Source of the DNA: Gammaproteobacteria bacterium
Lineage (GTDB): Bacteria; Pseudomonadota; Gammaproteobacteria; Ga0077554; Ga007554
NCBI GenBank assembly: GCA_021731145.1
Contig: JAKFXX010000005.1
Location: 18,821-82,820, forward strand
Length of the DNA stretch: 64,000 nucleotides
Reading direction: 5' to 3'
The position numbers were made by a program, and so were the translations under genes. Below are positions 10,238-19,671 of the stretch, in pieces; position 1 is the stretch's first letter, and the number at the start of each line of letters is the position of its first letter. Below the pieces are notes generated by a model. It saw only the letters and a program-made list of their open reading frames with translations. It ran no database searches and was not told the origin of the DNA.

Positions 10238-11240
10238 AATCCTCTCCTTTTCCGCCTAGCGATATTTCTCCTGCCTCGGACATGCGCCGTGCAATGGCGA
10301 GGATCTCTTTCTGTGCGGCCTCTACTTCGCTGAGGCGCGCCGGACCTTTGGCCTCCAGGTCGTCACGCAGCATTTCCGCAGCGCGCTTGGACATATTCTT
10401 GAAAATCTTCTCCTTGAGATCTTCGTCCGCACCTTTCAGTGCCAAAACCAATACCTCGCCCGATATCTCGCGCAATATCGCCTGCATGCCGCGATCATCC
10501 ACTGAAGCCAGATCATCGAACACAAACATCAAATCTTCAATCTTCTGACCAATATCGGCATCGACATCCTTGATGGTTTCCATAATCTTTACTTCACGTG
10601 CGCTGTCTATGAAGTTGAGGATATTCGCTGCTGTTTTGATGCCTCCGACACTGGCCGATTTAACATTGTCGCTATTTCCTGCGAACTGTCTTTCCATGAT
10701 GTCATCCAGTTCACGCAATGCAGATGGCTGAATCCCGTCCAGCGTGGCGATACGCATCAGCAAATCCGACTGCATGCGCTCCGGCATCTGCTTCAGAACC
10801 TCGGCGGACTGATCGCTATCAAGATAGGACAAGACAATGGCAATGATTTGCGGATGCTCCAGGCGAATGATTTCCGCGACTGCGCGCGGATCCATCCATT
10901 TCAGGGCTTCCAGCCCTTTGGTGTTACGGCCGATCAGGATGCGGTCAATCAAACCACTCGCTTTATCCGCACCGAGCGCCTGGTTCAGCACTTTACGAAT
11001 ATAATCTTCCGAGCCTACCCCCAGGGATGTCTGGCCATCCACCGAGGATATCAACTCATCAAGAACCTCCGATACCTGAGCCTTGCTAACATTGCTTAAT
11101 CCCGCCATGGCCTGCCCCAGCTTCTGCACTTCCTTGGGTCCCATATGCTTCAATATTTCAGCGGCGTCCTTCTCGCCCAGGCTCATCAGGAGAATGGCCG
11201 CGCGCTCCGTGCCGGATAACTGTGCATTGTTCTCAGGCAT
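10230..11240 (-). CDS. fliG: flagellar motor switch protein FliG
   Basis: FliG family (ERAAILLMSLGEKDAAEILKHMGPKEV...MFVFDDL). Start set at MPENNAQLSG. Confidence 0.9.
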   Translation of the reverse strand: MPENNAQLSGTERAAILLMSLGEKDAAEILKHMGPKEVQKLGQAMAGLSNVSKAQVSEVLDELISSVDGQTSLGVGSEDYIRKVLNQALGADKASGLIDRILIGRNTKGLEALKWMDPRAVAEIIRLEHPQIIAIVLSYLDSDQSAEVLKQMPERMQSDLLMRIATLDGIQPSALRELDDIMERQFAGNSDNVKSASVGGIKTAANILNFIDSAREVKIMETIKDVDADIGQKIEDLMFVFDDLASVDDRGMQAILREISGEVLVLALKGADEDLKEKIFKNMSKRAAEMLRDDLEAKGPARLSEVEAAQKEILAIARRMSEAGEISLGGKGEDFV

Positions 11241-12939
11241 CGCTGGCCACCCAACCTTTAACAACTTGCGCAACACGCTTCGGATCTTGCCCTACCAGCG
11301 TTCTGGCAGCATCAAGCTGCGACTCATAATTTTGCGAGGGTGAGGATGCAGGCGCGGCAAGTTGTGCAGCGCCTTGTGCTGTTGAGCTCGAACCAGGCAG
11401 GCTAATGCGATCCTCCATCATGCCTGGTAATTCCTCCATGTGTGCCGTAGCGTATTGCGAAGCAACGCGTGAAGATTCCTTGCCCTTTTCCGCAAGACTA
11501 CGCAGCACCGGGCGCAGCACGCCGAATATCAGGAACAATACCGCCAAACCACCCAGCGCCTGTTTCGCCACATCCCAAATCCACGGCTGCTCCAGCAACT
11601 TGGGCTCCGGTATGGGCGTTTCCGCCGCCACTGTAAACGGGGCATTAATCACATTCACACTGTCACCGCGTTGCGTGCTGAAACCCACCGCTTCCTTGAC
11701 CAGCGAGGTGATGCGCGCAAGCTCTTCAGGCTTCAGCGCGGTACGCACCACTTCGCCTTTTTTATTCACTTTCTGGTGGTCATCGACAACCACAGCCACC
11801 GATAATTTACGCACCGAGCCACTCGGCATTTGGGTATGACTGATGACTTTGTCCAGCTCGAAATTGCGCGTCGCACGTTTGGTGCTGTTGAGCGGCGTCT
11901 GCGCGGCAGGCACCGTATTTGCGGCAGGCACGGCACCCTTGGCATTCGGCGCGGCAGGGCTGGGAGTGGACACTGTCCCTCCCGCCGGTGGTTGATTGGT
12001 CAATGCTCCCGGCACACCTGCCACTGCGGCGGCTCCCGCCGACTGCTCATCCAGCGTCTGCTCGCTGCGTATCGCCGGTTGATCGGGATTGTATGTTTCC
12101 TGTGTCTGCTCAGTGACACTGAAGTCCAGATCTGCCACTACCTGTGCCCGAACACCGCCAACGCCGGCAATGGGCGAAATGATGTCTTCGATGCGCTTGA
12201 TGTAGTTTTCCTCAAGCCGGCGCCGGTAATCGAACTGGCTGGCAGTGAGCTGCATGCTTTTAGATGTTTCCGGTGAAGTCAGCAGACGGCCCTTCTGGTC
12301 GATAACTGTCACATGCTCTGCATTCAGGTTGGGAACACTGGAGGCTAGCAAATGCACTATCGACGCGACCTGCCCTTCTTCAAGATTGCGCCCTGGATAG
12401 AGGTTGATCAGCACCGAGGCGCTGGGTGGTTCGCGGTTGCGAATAAACACCGACTGCTTGGGGATGGCCAAATGCACACGCGCTCCCTGCACATTGCCCA
12501 ATTCGGAAATCGTGCGCCCCAGCTCGCCCTCCAACGCATGCTGGTAGCGCGCGTTTTCCATGAACTGGCTGGTCCCGAAGGTGGGCTGATCGTTGAGCAA
12601 GGCAAAGCCTTCCACCGTCCCTTTGGGCAGCCCCTGCGAAGCCATCTTGAGGCGAGCTGTATGCACCTGATCGGCGGGCACCATCACAGCGCCGCTGTTT
12701 TCATCGACCTTGTAGACAATGCCATCCTTCTGCAAGGCATCGGCGATCTGGGTTGCGTCCTGCGCGGCAAGACCACTGTACAAGACGCGATAATTCGGCG
12801 CCTGAGACCACAAAACAACGGCTACGCCCAGCGCCACGCTGGCCGCCAGGCCAATCATCAATCCCATTTGGCGCAGCGCTGGCAGACCGCTAAAGCCGCG
12901 CATCTGGGCTGTCATGTTTTCTGCTTTTATTAGCGCCAT
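11233..12939 (-). CDS. fliF: flagellar MS-ring protein FliF
   Basis: 568 aa. N-terminal TM segment, FliF/YscJ region, proline/alanine-rich linker, C-terminal TM segment. Confidence 0.9.
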   Translation of the reverse strand: MALIKAENMTAQMRGFSGLPALRQMGLMIGLAASVALGVAVVLWSQAPNYRVLYSGLAAQDATQIADALQKDGIVYKVDENSGAVMVPADQVHTARLKMASQGLPKGTVEGFALLNDQPTFGTSQFMENARYQHALEGELGRTISELGNVQGARVHLAIPKQSVFIRNREPPSASVLINLYPGRNLEEGQVASIVHLLASSVPNLNAEHVTVIDQKGRLLTSPETSKSMQLTASQFDYRRRLEENYIKRIEDIISPIAGVGGVRAQVVADLDFSVTEQTQETYNPDQPAIRSEQTLDEQSAGAAAVAGVPGALTNQPPAGGTVSTPSPAAPNAKGAVPAANTVPAAQTPLNSTKRATRNFELDKVISHTQMPSGSVRKLSVAVVVDDHQKVNKKGEVVRTALKPEELARITSLVKEAVGFSTQRGDSVNVINAPFTVAAETPIPEPKLLEQPWIWDVAKQALGGLAVLFLIFGVLRPVLRSLAEKGKESSRVASQYATAHMEELPGMMEDRISLPGSSSTAQGAAQLAAPASSPSQNYESQLDAARTLVGQDPKRVAQVVKGWVASDA

Positions 12940-12997
12940 TTTTAAGTGTCTAGTTCTGAGTTTCGTGTTCGAGACGGGAGCTGTAGTGCCTTAATTA

Positions 12998-13324
12998 TTA
13001 AATCGGCATGCTCATGACTTCTTGATAGGCCGACACCAGCTTGTTGCGCACCTGCGTCATGGCCTGAAAGGAAAGACTCGACTTCTGTAATGCCACCATC
13101 ACTTCGGTAAGCTCGACCTTGGAGTCGCCCGCTTCAAAGGCCTGCGCCAAATTTCCGGCTTGCTGCTGTACATCGTTGACTTTCTCAATGGCGCTTTTAA
13201 ACAGGCTGGAAAAATCCGTGTTAGCCGCAGCATCTGTTTCCGTGACGGACGGCTTTGCCTGCGCCTGCGCAGCCATGGCGCGCATTTGCGCCAGTAATTG
13301 GGTTGTGTCTATGGTGTTGCTCAT
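12998..13324 (-). CDS. fliE: flagellar hook-basal body protein FliE
   Basis: 108 aa, FliE family (..FSSLFKSAIEKVNDVQQQA...). Confidence 0.85.
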   Translation of the reverse strand: MSNTIDTTQLLAQMRAMAAQAQAKPSVTETDAAANTDFSSLFKSAIEKVNDVQQQAGNLAQAFEAGDSKVELTEVMVALQKSSLSFQAMTQVRNKLVSAYQEVMSMPI

Positions 13325-13338
13325 AAGATCTCCTTATT

Positions 13339-13375
13339 GTTGGGGCCGGAGCAAAGCCCCTTGGCCCAACCTGCA
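13339..13375. repeat. diverged REP-like element (family A) in the fliE-fleR intergenic region
   Basis: Sequence gttggggccggagcaaagccccttggcccaacctgca. Compare gttgggtccggagcttgcgctccttgacccaacctaca at ~60055. Confidence 0.35.
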
Positions 13376-13383
13376 TTTACTTT

Positions 13384-13402
13384 CATGCACATTCCGCACC
13401 AG
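13384..13402 (-). promoter_or_regulatory. putative sigma54 promoter upstream of fliE
   Basis: Minus strand reads cTGGtgcggaatgtGCAtg, with GG and GC spaced as in TGGCAC-N5-TTGCA. Weak -24 match. Confidence 0.3.
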
Positions 13403-13407
13403 CCCCG

Positions 13408-14760
13408 TTAGTCAGGTATCGCCACGCCTGATTCGCGCAGTCGCGCCAATTTGTAACGCAATGTGCGCGGGCTAATGCCAAGCCGTTCTGCAACCTCCTT
13501 GCGATTGCCCCTTGCCGTATGTAATGCCTCGATAATCAGTTGTTGCTCATGGGACTTAAGGTCGTCATCGAGGCATGCTTCTTCACCTGGGGCTTCCTGG
13601 CTCGACGAGGTAAGCGGCGCGATACGTGGCGAGTCTGTTTCGAAGTGCAAATCGGCCGGATTAATTATTGCGCCCGATTTCATGATCAAGGCGCGCTGGA
13701 TCACGTTATCCAGCTCACGCACGTTGCCAGGCCAGGCATGCGCCCGCAGACGCTGCGCCGCTTCATCAGACAACACAGGCAAGGGAAACGCACCATGGCT
13801 ATGGCGCTCGATGAGGCGTCGCGCGATGGGAAGGATGTCTTCCTTGCGTTCGCGCAACGCGGGCAGAGGCAATGGAAACACATTCAAACGATAGAACAGA
13901 TCCTCACGGAAACGCCCAGCAGCGACTTCCGCACGCAGATTGCGGTTGGATGTCGCCAGTACGCGCACATTCAGCGGGATCATCTTCTGTGCGCCAAGAC
14001 GCTCCACCTCGCGCTCCTGCACTACACGCAACAATTTGGCCTGTAGCGCCAGACTCATCTCGGAGATTTCATCGAGTAATAATGTTCCATTTTGCGCTTG
14101 CTCGAATTTACCCGGCGCGGCATGGTACGCACCGGTGAATGCGCCTTTTTCATAGCCAAACAACACCGCTTCCAGCATGTTCTCTGGTATCGCCGCGCAG
14201 TTGATAGCGACAAACGGGCCTGACGCGCGATGGGAATGGCGGTGAATAAAACGGGCGAAAACCTCCTTTCCTGTGCCGCTTTCCCCGGTTATCAATACAG
14301 TGGCATCACTTCCCGCCACACGCTGCGCGAGCTCTGCCGCCTCGCGCGTGCGCGCGTCCACCGCTACCAGATCGGCGTCTTCTGTATCAGCGCCTGGTGA
14401 CGAGATATAGCGGCTTACCATCGAAATCAGCACTTCGGCTTCAAATGGCTTGACCATGTAATCCGCGGCGCCCTCGTGCATAGATTCGACTGCCTTGGGA
14501 ATCGATCCATGGGCAGTCATTAAAACCACCGGCATATCCGCGCGCCGGGCCTTGATGCGTTTGAGCAAGGTATGGCCATCCATGGGGCGCATCTGCACAT
14601 CGCTCAATACCATGCCCACTTCGCCCGACTCCAACCGGGCCAGTGCGGCCTGCCCGTCTTCCGCAACAATAACGCGATACCCCGCCAATTCCAGCGTATC
14701 GCACAGCGCCTCGCGTAACGCCGCATCGTCTTCTACAACCAGCACAGTCGCTGAACTCAT
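13408..14760 (-). CDS. fleR: sigma54-dependent response regulator FleR/FlrC (receiver + AAA+ + HTH)
   Basis: Receiver domain (VLVVEDDAALREAL...VLSDVQMRPMDG), sigma54-interaction domain ([12 protein letters not shown]... GAFTGA), C-terminal Fis-type HTH. Confidence 0.85.
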   Translation of the reverse strand: MSSATVLVVEDDAALREALCDTLELAGYRVIVAEDGQAALARLESGEVGMVLSDVQMRPMDGHTLLKRIKARRADMPVVLMTAHGSIPKAVESMHEGAADYMVKPFEAEVLISMVSRYISSPGADTEDADLVAVDARTREAAELAQRVAGSDATVLITGESGTGKEVFARFIHRHSHRASGPFVAINCAAIPENMLEAVLFGYEKGAFTGAYHAAPGKFEQAQNGTLLLDEISEMSLALQAKLLRVVQEREVERLGAQKMIPLNVRVLATSNRNLRAEVAAGRFREDLFYRLNVFPLPLPALRERKEDILPIARRLIERHSHGAFPLPVLSDEAAQRLRAHAWPGNVRELDNVIQRALIMKSGAIINPADLHFETDSPRIAPLTSSSQEAPGEEACLDDDLKSHEQQLIIEALHTARGNRKEVAERLGISPRTLRYKLARLRESGVAIPD

Positions 14761-15941
14761 GTGATACCTCGTTCTTCTTTTATGACGGGTAGCCGCAACG
14801 TAAACGTGCAGCCTGATCCAGGCTGCGTATCCAGCCAGATCTCACCACGGTGCCCTTCCATCACTGCTCGCACCACCGCCAACCCCAGCCCCGTACCGGA
14901 GGACTTGGTAGTAAAAAAGGGCTCAAAAATGCGATCCCGGATTTCCTCGGCGATGCCAGGGCCGTTGTCGCTCAACTGTAAATACACCACCTCATCGCCA
15001 TCACTCACCGCCATCAGGCGCAATTCGACGCCGGTACCGCAAGCCTGTATGGCGTTGGTAGCAAGGTTCAATAGCGCGCCTAGCAATGCTTCACGATTAC
15101 CGCGCATCATCACACCGGATGCCCCGTCCATCACGTCCAGGTGTCCTGTGCAGGCCTGCAACTGAGGCTCCAGCATTTGGCGGAATTCGCTTATCAAATC
15201 TGACAGCGCAATATCATCCCCGCTCACGCCTCCACCGCGCACAAACATCAGCATGTCATTCACCATCTTTTCGATGAGGCGCAGGCTGGCAAGACTTTTT
15301 TCGGAAAAACGGCGGATATCAACGCCATCAAGATTGGCGCGGGAGAAGTGAGAGGTATAAAGCAATTCGGAAGACAAAGGTGTGCGGATCTGATGGGCCA
15401 GGGAGGCGGCCATCTCGCCCATCGCGGACAATCGTTGGTGACGGCTGAGATTTTCCTGCAGGGCGCGCGTTTCGGTGAGGTCGGTAATGAGCAGAATCTG
15501 GCCTGGCTCATCACCCAGCGAACTGGTGGAGATGCCGACGCGCCGGCCATCGCGCAACGACACTTCATGGCCGTCATCGGAACGCGGCGCGAAGGCACGT
15601 CTGATCACTTCACGCCACACCATGCCTTGCAGGGGCTCCCCCAGCAATTCCAGCGCAGCGGGGTTGCACTCCTGAACGCATCCGCCGCCATCCAGTACCA
15701 CTACCCCACCGGGCAAGGCATTCAGCAAGCGCGTAAGACGATTTGCCAGACGTTCTTTTTCGGCGGCAGCACTGGTCTGCTCAAGACGCGCGGCAGCAAG
15801 ATCCGCATTGAGCTGATCAACACGTTTTTCAAGAATCTGATAGGAGGCGGCGAGCTGCTGCGAAAGCTGATTGAAGGTATGAAAAGCGCCCGCCAGGTTC
15901 TGAGGCGAATCCTGATTTTGTTGCGCGCCTTGTAGAGCCAT
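14757..15941 (-). CDS. fleS: flagellar sensor histidine kinase FleS/FlrB
   Basis: PAS region, HisKA (SAMGEMAASLAHQIRTPLSS), HATPase_c (GTGLGLAVV). ATGA-type overlap with fleR. Confidence 0.8.
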   Translation of the reverse strand: MALQGAQQNQDSPQNLAGAFHTFNQLSQQLAASYQILEKRVDQLNADLAAARLEQTSAAAEKERLANRLTRLLNALPGGVVVLDGGGCVQECNPAALELLGEPLQGMVWREVIRRAFAPRSDDGHEVSLRDGRRVGISTSSLGDEPGQILLITDLTETRALQENLSRHQRLSAMGEMAASLAHQIRTPLSSELLYTSHFSRANLDGVDIRRFSEKSLASLRLIEKMVNDMLMFVRGGGVSGDDIALSDLISEFRQMLEPQLQACTGHLDVMDGASGVMMRGNREALLGALLNLATNAIQACGTGVELRLMAVSDGDEVVYLQLSDNGPGIAEEIRDRIFEPFFTTKSSGTGLGLAVVRAVMEGHRGEIWLDTQPGSGCTFTLRLPVIKEERGIT

Positions 15942-16087
15942 GCCGATTCTTGCTCCCGCCGTTCTGAGAAACCATGAGTACGGGGACTACCCCCTTTGCA
16001 CAGAGGGGGTGAGCAAGAATCGCGCCTAACCTACAAAATAATAAAAATCATTGTGTTATATATGTCTCAACAAAAAAACAGTCAAAA

Positions 16088-17515
16088 TTACGGCGCGTCG
16101 TCACCGCGATGCAAGCCATATTTACGCAGCTTTTCAACCAGGGTGGTACGACGCAGCTTGAGCCGTTCGGCGGCGTGAGCCACCACCCCACCCGCATCGT
16201 CCAGCGCCTGGCGGATCAGATCATACTCCAGGGTATTGAGATGCTCTTTGAGATCCAGACCTTCGCGCGGCAGGCGCGGCGGCACTTCAAAGGGGCGCGG
16301 AAGCGCTTCTTCCGGCAATACAAGATGGGGCGGCAGCGTGGCGCCGGCAGCTCCTCCCCGGAATTTTTCCGGAAAGTCCTGCACATCCACGACGCCATGC
16401 GGGTGCATGATCACCAGGCGCTCTATGAAATTGGCAAGCTCGCGCACATTGCCCGGCCAGCGATAATGGCACAATGCGATCACCGCCGCAGGCGTGAGCC
16501 GGACCGAACCGCGGTTTTCGTGTTCAAGACGGGTAATCAGCTCATTTATCAGCAGCGGAGTATCCTCAAGACGCTCGCGCAGCGGGGGCATTTCTATCGG
16601 AAAGACATTAAGGCGGTAATACAGATCCTCGCGGAACTTGCCCTCCTTGATAGCCTCCTCAAGGTTACGGTGCGTGGCGGCAATGATCCGCACATTGGCG
16701 GAAATGGTTTTATTGCTGCCGACCCGCTCAAAGGTGCGTTCCTGAAGCACGCGCAACAGTTTGACCTGCATGTGCAGGCTCATGTCGCCAATCTCGTCGA
16801 GAAACAGCGTGCCGCCTTCGGCCATTTCAAAACGCCCCTGCCGGGCACTGATGGCCCCGGTAAATGCGCCCTTCTCATGGCCAAACAGCTCGCTTTCCAG
16901 CAGTTCGGCAGGGATTGCACCGCAATTGATGGGGACGAAAGGCTTGTTACGGCGGGTGGAATAATAATGCAGGTTACGCGCAACCACCTCTTTGCCCGTG
17001 CCTGATTCACCCAGGATCAATACAGTGGCATCAGAACTGGCCACCTGCTCAATCAATTTGCGAACCTGGCGAATCACCGGGCTGTTGCCCACCAGGCTGC
17101 GGAACAACTCCAGCGAGCGATCCACAGGCTTTTGCCGTGGGGATTCGCGGGATGCCTGCGCCTGTTGCAGCAGTGCCGTCAATTGCCGCTGCTTCGGCGG
17201 CGTATCGACATAACCAAATACGCCCGCCTTTATCTCTTCGGGAGATGGCGCTTCTTCCCTGGCGTCGCTCAACAGCAGGATAGGCATTTGCGGATCCCAC
17301 GTCTTGATAGCATTAAATACCTTTATTAATGCTTCTTCAGAACCACAGTTGCCAAGCAAAACCGCAAGAACGGCATCGGCCGGCGGCAGCCCTTCCCGCC
17401 AGGTCTCGCCGCTGGCCAAATGCACCGGCCCATATTCTATAAACTCAAGTATGGCCTTGAGATTCAGACGCCTTTGCTCATCCGCATCAACAATCAATAC
17501 ACCGGATGACGACAT
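16088..17515 (-). CDS. fleQ: sigma54-dependent master flagellar regulator FleQ/FlrA
   Basis: Atypical receiver-like N-terminal domain followed by an AAA+ sigma54 activator domain ([18 protein letters not shown]... GAFTGA) and a C-terminal HTH. Confidence 0.85.
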   Translation of the reverse strand: MSSSGVLIVDADEQRRLNLKAILEFIEYGPVHLASGETWREGLPPADAVLAVLLGNCGSEEALIKVFNAIKTWDPQMPILLLSDAREEAPSPEEIKAGVFGYVDTPPKQRQLTALLQQAQASRESPRQKPVDRSLELFRSLVGNSPVIRQVRKLIEQVASSDATVLILGESGTGKEVVARNLHYYSTRRNKPFVPINCGAIPAELLESELFGHEKGAFTGAISARQGRFEMAEGGTLFLDEIGDMSLHMQVKLLRVLQERTFERVGSNKTISANVRIIAATHRNLEEAIKEGKFREDLYYRLNVFPIEMPPLRERLEDTPLLINELITRLEHENRGSVRLTPAAVIALCHYRWPGNVRELANFIERLVIMHPHGVVDVQDFPEKFRGGAAGATLPPHLVLPEEALPRPFEVPPRLPREGLDLKEHLNTLEYDLIRQALDDAGGVVAHAAERLKLRRTTLVEKLRKYGLHRGDDAP

Positions 17516-17763
17516 TGAAACACCACCTCACACTACATATACAATTATGTATTGTAGTTAAACACCGACCGGGGAAGAAGTCAAAATTTTGTCGCTTGAT
17601 GGTATAGTGATAAAGAACAGGGGGACAGGAACTGTAGATCGGGGCTAGATTTGGTGCGCACATTGTGCCCTCATTGTGCCCTTCACGGGCATCATGGGTA
17701 CGGCGCACCCTACATTTCTGGCGATCACGCCAGGCAGCTTGCACATGCAATGAAAGATTGCTC

Positions 17764-18321
17764 CTAGCCCCGGCGGGAATGGGCAATACTGCGGCGGTGA
17801 TGCCGGAAAATAAACTTCTCAAGCCAGTCCCGAACCACCTCGCTCATTCCCTCAAGCGCCACCGTCGTCCTGAAACCACCAGGCACGGTGTTCACCTGCT
17901 GAACCTGTCCATAAAACATGATGGGGCGAGGGTATTTACGGCTGAGAAAAAATTCAACATTAAGATGGCTTCCCAGATCCGGCGCAACCTGCGCATCCCA
18001 CTGTATGGCTTTGGCACTCAAGCTGACGGGCAGCGGTTCGGGCAAGGTTGAATGGTGCGCAAGCACCTGCCCCACCAGATCCAGCAGCAGGTTAATCTTG
18101 AAATCCATACGCTGCAGCTCTTGGGTGATGGGATCATGTTCTAAGACAGCTTCGCCCTGGTGTTCCTCCAAAAACGCGACCGCGCGCAAAACCTCCGCGT
18201 TGGACTCCTGGATGCGCACCTGCTGAGCGTCTGAAGGCGCCACGGTTGCCGCTACCCAGCGCAACGGCAGGGTATCTTCATAAGTCAGACCGGTAATGCT
18301 GTGGTTTGATGTATCGCTCAT
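17764..18321 (-). CDS. hypothetical protein with a PilZ-like C-terminal fold but degenerate c-di-GMP-binding motifs
   Basis: 185 aa. The C-terminal half (LNVEFFLSRKYPRPIMFYGQVQQVNTVPGGFRTTVALEGMSEVVRDWLEKFIF) resembles the second half of PilZ/YcgR domains. The RxxxR and DxSxxG motifs are absent or degenerate (SLSAKA). Sits between fleQ and the fliT-like gene. Confidence 0.35.
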   Translation of the reverse strand: MSDTSNHSITGLTYEDTLPLRWVAATVAPSDAQQVRIQESNAEVLRAVAFLEEHQGEAVLEHDPITQELQRMDFKINLLLDLVGQVLAHHSTLPEPLPVSLSAKAIQWDAQVAPDLGSHLNVEFFLSRKYPRPIMFYGQVQQVNTVPGGFRTTVALEGMSEVVRDWLEKFIFRHHRRSIAHSRRG

Positions 18322-18364
18322 ATATTGACAACATACCAGCAGGCGGGGCGAGTTTCAAATTTTC

Positions 18365-18727
18365 TCACTCACCCTGTTCATAGGCGAGTGCCGCGCGGTG
18401 GGCATAATTAAGCTGCCGTATCCCGTCGGCAGCCTCCTTATATGCTACTTCGCTCAAAGCTATAATCTGTTTGTCTATTGCCAGAATATCCGCAACCCCG
18501 GCCCCAACCGCCGCCGCTTCCTGTGCTGGAACCGGTTGAGAAAAAAAAGCGGTCAGACTGCGACTCCGGCTTTCCTCCAGCGACGCCAGAGTTTGCCAAT
18601 CCTTGATCTGGGCCGTAAGCAGCATATTCCGGCTTAACTCAAGAATGACATCAAGTTGCTCGCCATGTGAGCAGGAATCCAACTGCAAGATATCTTGTAC
18701 CGTCAAGGGCCATGCTCCCGCGTCCAA
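18365..18727 (-). CDS. FliT-like flagellar export chaperone (hypothetical)
   Basis: 120-aa helical protein immediately downstream of fliS, the position of fliT/fleP in Pseudomonas-type loci. Confidence 0.4.
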   Translation of the reverse strand: MDAGAWPLTVQDILQLDSCSHGEQLDVILELSRNMLLTAQIKDWQTLASLEESRSRSLTAFFSQPVPAQEAAAVGAGVADILAIDKQIIALSEVAYKEAADGIRQLNYAHRAALAYEQGE

Positions 18728-18736
18728 TGCCGCTAA

Positions 18737-19180
18737 TTATACCGAAGCGCCGCCGGATAACACTCGCACGCCAGGGACGGAATTTTTCGCCGTTTCTGAT
18801 ATGGCGTCCCAGGCTCCCTTGATCTGATGCAACAACCCGCAAACCTCATTGAGCATATCAGGATCATTTTTGAGATTGGCCTCAAGCAGGCGGGTCTCCA
18901 TATAGTCGTACAAGGCACCCAGGTTCTGGGCGACCTCCCCGCCAGCCTGCTGGTCGAGGCTCGCGCGTAGCCCTTCAATAATCGAAATCGCCCAACTGAT
19001 ATGGCTGCCCTTCTGGGCGATATCACCCCGCAACATATGCCCACGGGCAAGGGCGATTTTATCCAGGGCACCGTCCAGCAACATCTGAATCAAGCGATGT
19101 GGACTCGCATAGGCCACGCCTGTTTGTGCCCCCACCTGGCTGTATTGCTGCAAGGCAGCTTGCGGTTTTGAATAACTCAC
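18737..19180 (-). CDS. fliS: flagellin-specific chaperone FliS
   Basis: 147 aa, FliS family (..VAYASPHRLIQMLLDGALDKIA...). Confidence 0.85.
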   Translation of the reverse strand: MSYSKPQAALQQYSQVGAQTGVAYASPHRLIQMLLDGALDKIALARGHMLRGDIAQKGSHISWAISIIEGLRASLDQQAGGEVAQNLGALYDYMETRLLEANLKNDPDMLNEVCGLLHQIKGAWDAISETAKNSVPGVRVLSGGASV

Positions 19181-19237
19181 GCGTTTCCCCTCTTATCGAA
19201 CTGTGTGTATGCCTATGGCAAATGTTTTACTAAAGAA

Positions 19238-19456
19238 TCATCTCGTAGCCGACAACTGACGAGTCAAAAAATCACTGGTGCTGCGTAACTTACCCAACAG
19301 GCTATCCAATGCCGTGAATTGATCCCGATAACGTTTTTCAATGTCGTCAAGACGCCGGTTCAAAACATCGCGCCTGTCGCCAAGTGTCTGGATGCTGCTA
19401 TTAATGCCACCCGCCCAGCTGGAAATTGAGCCGGAGCTGCCTAAAAGTTTGCCCAT
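19238..19456 (-). pseudogene. relic C-terminal fragment of a second, diverged fliD copy
   Basis: SIQTLGDRRDVLNRRLDDIEKRYRDQFTALDSLLGKLRSTSDFLTRQLS aligns with the FliD C-terminus SLKSLDENRQRLTDRLADTEKRYRAQFTALDMIISRMTTASNFLTQQLA (~50% identity). Confidence 0.5.
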
Positions 19457-19629
19457 AAGTTTATCCAGTTGATATGCGTAACCTTGCGAATAACTGACTG
19501 TGCCGTGGCTGCTGAAACTGTAGCGATCGCACCATCGAAGAGCCCCAAAATCAGCTTGTAGGCGACGGCGGATTCTACGCCGACATCAACCCCAAACTTG
19601 TTGTATGTGCTCAATACGCTGTTGGCCAT
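19441..19629 (-). pseudogene. relic N-terminal fragment of a second, diverged fliS copy, fused upstream of the fliD' fragment
   Basis: YNKFGVDVGVESAVAYKLILGLFDGAIATVSAA ... THINWIN aligns with the FliS N-terminus YSQVGAQTGVAYASPHRLIQMLLDGALDKIALA...SHISWAI. Confidence 0.45.
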
Positions 19630-19671
19630 AGTGCTCTTATTGTTTCCAGATCGACTTGCATTCTAACTGCG

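Noticed and set aside
16109-17005. 298-aa plus-strand ORF opposite fleQ
   Set aside because: Antisense frame of a well-supported sigma54 activator gene. R/Q-rich with no domain.
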